Assembly: GCF_009914755.1 (NCBI RefSeq)
Contig: NC_060938.1
Reading direction: 5' to 3' (one strand)
DNA from: the human T2T-CHM13v2.0 reference genome, Homo sapiens
Length of the DNA: 64,000 bases
Below the pieces are notes generated by a model that was not told the DNA's origin, ran no database searches, and was given only the letters and a program-made list of their open reading frames with translations. Below are positions 59,070 to 64,000 of this stretch, in pieces. Both the position numbers and the translations under genes were made by a program. Each line of letters opens with the position of its first letter. Positions within the stretch are counted from its first letter, which is position 1.

Positions 59070-61265
59070 TATGGCCCTTTTGGTGCCCCCACTGATACTG
59101 CCTGAGCCCTGTAGATGTTTGAGTTTCAGACTCCCCACTTCCTCCTACTCTGGAACAATTCAAATAGAAATTGTAGTGCTTAGAAAAACTAAGGGACCAT
59201 TGTCAAAACAACCCAGAGCAAGGCCCTTGTAGATGGTAATTCAGCGGCATGCAAAGGAACTCAGTGGCATTTCTTTTATAGGCAATGGGGGATATATTAC
59301 ATTATACTTGAAGATATTTGGTAGGTGAGGTTTATTTGTCACCACCATTGCTTTCAGGGGAGAAATCAAATCTTCTTTGCAAAGCAAGCTAATTAACCAT
59401 CCTGTTGGTTCAATGTTTATATTAATTCTCTTGCCCTTTGTTTACTACTTGATTACTTTTATCACCTGCTTTGTTTAACTCTCATTTAAATTACACAACA
59501 TATTTATGCTGTCTGGGTATTTTTTTTTTTAATACTATCCTTTTTTCCTTTTTTTTTTTTTTTTTTTTAATTCTCTCTCTCCTGGAGGCCAGAGGGCCTA
59601 TAATTCGAGGTTATATTACTACAGGAAAAGTTCATTTTTTTTTTTCAATTTAAAAGGGAATTATAGTCAATATTTATAATGAACCCTTCTCCAGCAAGGT
59701 AGTTCCAGCCATGCTAATGTTCAGAAGTCCATATCTGCCATTACTGTTTATAATAATGAGATGCTGGTGACCAACTCCTGGACCTTATGGTGGGTGAAAC
59801 ATTCCCACCCATCATGTCACAGTGAGAAGTGGCTGTTTTAATCTATTAATCTACAGATTTGCAGAGAGTTGTTAGAAAATGGGTATGAATGATGGCACTT
59901 GCTGCACAGGAAAAAGGTAAGTTTTTTTTTTTTACTGTGTGAGTAAACAGGAACCTGACAAATCCAGAAAGGGCTCTTGCCACCTCTTAGAAGCCTAAGA
60001 ATAGAGTCTTCTTCAAGGATCAAGCCCCAGGAATACAAGACCTTGTACCCCTGAACAATTCTGATACTCACTATGTCCATCACTGTACAAGCTGTAAAAC
60101 TATTTGTTTCAGATAATTTCACCAGTAGTCAACAATTGACAAATACATCAGATGTCTACCATGTACAATATCATATGCTAAGAGAACAAACATTTTACAA
60201 ATAACGATGACTATAGGCACACACACATGTATATTACTTGGAGAACTTGACATACATTTAACATGGTGTTGGCTGGGCTGTGCATACAGATGGTCATGAT
60301 TAGTTCTTCCTTTTTTCTGAACATACCTTGACATGGAGCTCCAAGCATATCTGTGGAGGCTCTCTCATCTTCTGTTCTCATCCAATTTCTTGATTTAAGT
60401 GTTTGTCTAATAACTCATTACTTTTGCTGGCCCACTCAAAATTCTTGTTTCTCAGCCCTTTCTCAGCTTTCTCCATCTTGAGTGCTCATAGTTTGTTACT
60501 ACTCCACCTCGTCTCTTATCAGTGTTACCTTCTGGGACTGTTCTGAACTCATTACAGTCCTCCCCACCAGCAGCCCCTGAGGCCCTCATCTCCCTGCCAC
60601 TGTTTATTCCTATTACATTAGCATAAAAGTAGCCCATGGAAAACCAAATGACACTGCAGTTTCTCTGTTATGTCCCTTGGAAGAAATCCGCTTGCTTTTA
60701 GCTTTTAATAGTTAATTCAAATACTTCCTTGTATTTAATCTGTTTTTGTCTTTGTGTGAATTGAAAGGGAATGACCTTTTAAAACTCCTATTAGTCAGTC
60801 TTGCAGGCAGCCTATATGGAGAATCAACTAGAAATAACTGAAACAGCAGGGGAGGTGGTATATGATGTGGTAGAAGACTATATGCAACAATGAAAACAGG
60901 CGTGCAAGTACAGTTTAAAAAATTTGTCCTTTAGGGTTATTGGTACATTTCATTTTAAATTAAAAGTAAATAAGAATAAGGGGGTGGTGATGAGAAGATG
61001 GGCAGCACAAGAAGAAACCGAAGGATGCACATTTCTTCAGGCTTGGCTAGTAGGAGCACACAGCTTCTAGAACACTGTAGAGGAACACCTGCCTCAGAAG
61101 GGCAGCTTCTCCAAGAAAAAAGGACAGATCTGAAAACAAAGGTAACAATAAAAACTACCACAAAAAGATATGATTCCTCTGAGAACAAATAAAGAATCAG
61201 ATTGGTGAATTAAGATGTTATGGTTTATATTCATTTAGTAATAAATAATTGATAACAGGATTTTT

Positions 61266-61472
61266 TTAAAAATTTTATTTTATTATTATTATACTTTAAG
61301 TTTTAGGGTACATGTGCACAATATGCAGATTTGTTACATATGTATACATGTGCCATGTTGATGTGCTGCACCCGTTAACTCGTCATTTAGCATTAGGTAT
61401 ATCTCCTAATGCTATCCTTCCCCCCTCCCCCCACCCCACAACAGTCCCTGGTGTGTGATGTTCCCCTTCCTG
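61266..61472 (-). mobile_element. Young short L1PA (approx. PA3/4) 3' end
   Basis: Perfect 15-bp TSD gataacaggattttt (61251, 61473) followed by aa (TTTT/AA endonuclease site); low divergence. Confidence 0.95.
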
Positions 61473-61575
61473 GATAACAGGATTTTTAAACATTTGAATT
61501 TTGACTAAACTGAAAATAAGTTGAAAGGCAGACGATGGAGAAAAAGATAACATAACCAGCATAAGGAGAGAAACA

Positions 61576-61733
61576 GGCCTGGCATGGTGGCTCATGCCTG
61601 TAGTCTTAGCACCTCAGGAGGCTGAGGGGGGAGGATTGCTTGAGCCTAGAAGGTCCAGGCTACATTGAGCCATGATTGCATCACTGCACTCCAGCCTGGG
61701 CATCAGAGCAAGACCCTGGCTCAAACAAAACAA
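61576..61733 (+). mobile_element. FRAM-type Alu monomer
   Basis: Single right-arm-type monomer with A-rich tail. Confidence 0.85.
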
Positions 61734-62359
61734 GACACGTTTTACTCTGTTTTTTTTGTGTTTGTTTGGTTTTTTGTTGTTGTTTACTTAGAGAGTTTTT
61801 CCTTTTGTTTTTTGCTTTAGTTAATATCATTTGGTTGATTTGTTGTAAAGGTGAATATACCCATATATTTTGTTTTTCTTTAAAAAAAATTCTTTAAGAA
61901 AATAACATAAATTATTATCTTTGGTATGATGTTTTTCTCTGGTTCTTAGACCTTAACACCATCCTGCCTAAATACCATATATGCTCAGATACCCAAACAA
62001 GAAGTAGTAAATTGAGTGCCATCAACCAGCTTGAGGAGAAAACAAGCTTTCAAAAAAAGTCTACTCTAGAACCTTAAATGGTGGTGGAAATGTTACATGC
62101 CCAAATCTAAAGTGATATTTTTGCAATAGCTTGCATCAAATAGGGGGTTTCCATTTTGGATTTGGAATCCTAACATCCAGCAATTTATACATATATATAT
62201 AGACTGAAATTCTCTGAGCAAGAGATTAGTGGTAGGGAAGGTGAGCAGGGAATAGGCAGTACCATGAGAATAATCATCATGTTTCCCTTCTTGACTTACT
62301 CCATCTCCTGACACCCTATACCTAAACACTGAACAAAAACAGAGCCTGGCAGGGTGGAT

Positions 62360-62550
62360 TTTGGAGCCAGGTATATTTACCTTTGAATCTTAGCTCTACT
62401 ATAAAATTATTAGAGTTATGATCTTAAGGTTCTTAGAGCCTCATTTTTCCCCATATGTAAGGAGAATATCCATTTTACAGGATGAAATGAAGTATTTTAT
62501 GTAAAGTTTTTGGCACAAAGTGAGAATTTGATAAATGAAAGTTATTGTTT
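62360..62550 (+). mobile_element. MIR
   Basis: tttggagccagg...ttgaatcttagctctact...gagcctcatttttcccc. Confidence 0.7.
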
Positions 62551-62819
62551 CACATACTTAGAAGTAGTGGGGTAAGATTATTACTCTCTCAAGAAGAAAA
62601 TGCAATTTCTCCTCAACTCCAGCCCTGAAACCAAGAAAATCATTCTTAGAGCTTTTAAGAGAAGAACTCTTTAATATATTTTAAATATTTATACTGTGTC
62701 AAGCATATATATTATTTCATTTAATTTCCTGTCTCTGCTTAAATTTTGTTCATAACACTTATCACCTTCTGCAAACTAAACATTTTACTTGTTTGTTTGT
62801 TTCTCCCTGGTATAATATA

Positions 62820-62930
62820 ACTTGTATAAGGGCAGAGATTTTTGTCTATTTTGTTCATTGATGTTTCCTTAGCTCCCAGAATAGTGCCTGGCATATGGTA
62901 GGTGCTCAATAAACATTTGTTACGAGAGTA
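62820..62930 (+). mobile_element. L2 3' end
   Basis: agggcagagatttttgtctattttgttcattg...gtgcctggcatatggtaggtgctcaataaacatttgtt. Confidence 0.85.
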
Positions 62931-64000
62931 AATGAATCCACATAACCCTGTGAGAGGAGGCCACATGATTGTATTCAGTAATAAAAAATTAACTCTCTTT
63001 TGCAGTGGTCCTTTTCAAGGTATAAACACCCTTGAGTTATTCTTGCTATTCCAGATAGCATGCCAAGAAATTCTTGTGGCTGATGGTTAGGGTATCATGT
63101 ACCATCCAATTATTCTAAATTCTTCTATTGGAAGCAGGGATATTGCCTGGGAAGCTCTGATGTCCTCCTCTCTAAAGGGTTTCTATGAGGAAGCTGGGGT
63201 TTCACAGGTCATTTGAAAGATACATTGATTCTTTTACTGGTGGTTGTCTCTTCCTTTCTCTCTTTAGTGAATTTGGGTCCCCTTCAGGAACAGGGTTATT
63301 TATTCTCCTTTAAATCATGAATCCCCAGCTGTAAATCTCAGATTGATGGATTGGTGGAATTTGAAAGACTCTTTGATGAAAGTTTCAGATAGGGAGAGTG
63401 ATAAGCCATGACAGTCAGCCCTTCTCTGTTGCTATTAAAAATGCTCTAATGAGAAATAGAGCAAAGCACAGGAACACAATGATACAGTTGTTTCATGAAG
63501 AACATACAGCTTCATAAATGAAGGAATAATTAAGATAGCCTAATTCTATACTTATTTTGAATTAGATTCAAAACAATCTTTGAAGTGGATATCTGCAGCT
63601 GAATTTTGTACCAAAGGCATATTCTAAATGTCATACTTTTGAACTGAGTATTTATTTCTCAGGGAGCAGGTGTTAGGGTTTTTTTTTTTTCCTTGAAATT
63701 CAAACCATTTTGACAGTATCCTATTTTTAGAATGCCTTTTTCTTTAAAAAGACAAGCAATATCCAAAAGCAGTAGAAAGACATCTTGGGAGAAGGCAGTG
63801 TTCTGGTTATACCATAATCATAACAAGCTGAATAAGAAAAAGTAATGCTGTTAAAATTTAAAACTCAGTGTTTTTATTTTATGATAATAAAACATATTTG
63901 TTTTTATTAAATGTTATTTAATATATTAAATAAAACATATTTAATATACTTTCAACAACCTTATGCTACAAAATAAAAATTATACCTCATGAAAATTTTC

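Noticed and set aside
60998-61192. 64-aa K/R-rich ATG ORF inside the putative intron
   Set aside because: Purine-rich compositional bias, no recognisable homology, no convincing splice sites.

Overview
Primate, almost certainly human (contains an AluYb-lineage element), AT-rich non-coding genomic DNA dominated by interspersed repeats: L1 of several ages, about 15 Alus/Alu monomers, a complete THE1 MaLR provirus carrying three nested insertions, MLT/MST LTRs, Tigger/hAT MITEs, MIR/L2/L3, and a decayed tRNA-Glu copy. I find no credible protein-coding exon; the ORFs I can assign come from repeats, and the rest are short with no recognisable product. The one clear gene signal is at ~52.9-53.1 kb: a near-perfect RFX X-box, a ~110-nt putative first exon with four ATGs, and a consensus ATG|GTGAGT donor. 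From memory this matches the non-coding exon 1 of AKAP6 (mAKAP, 14q12), which needs BLAT confirmation. I see no evidence of a wholly new multi-gene system. The best leads are: a 47-bp inverted repeat whose mismatches are mostly G-U-compatible on the + strand; a clean 19-bp template-switch inversion; a THE1 3' LTR that, unlike its 5' twin, keeps DUX4, AP-1 and splice-donor motifs and points toward the gene; a fused AluS-AluY under one TSD; and probable twin-primed L1s. Repeat subfamily calls and the boundaries of old repeats are by eye and approximate.
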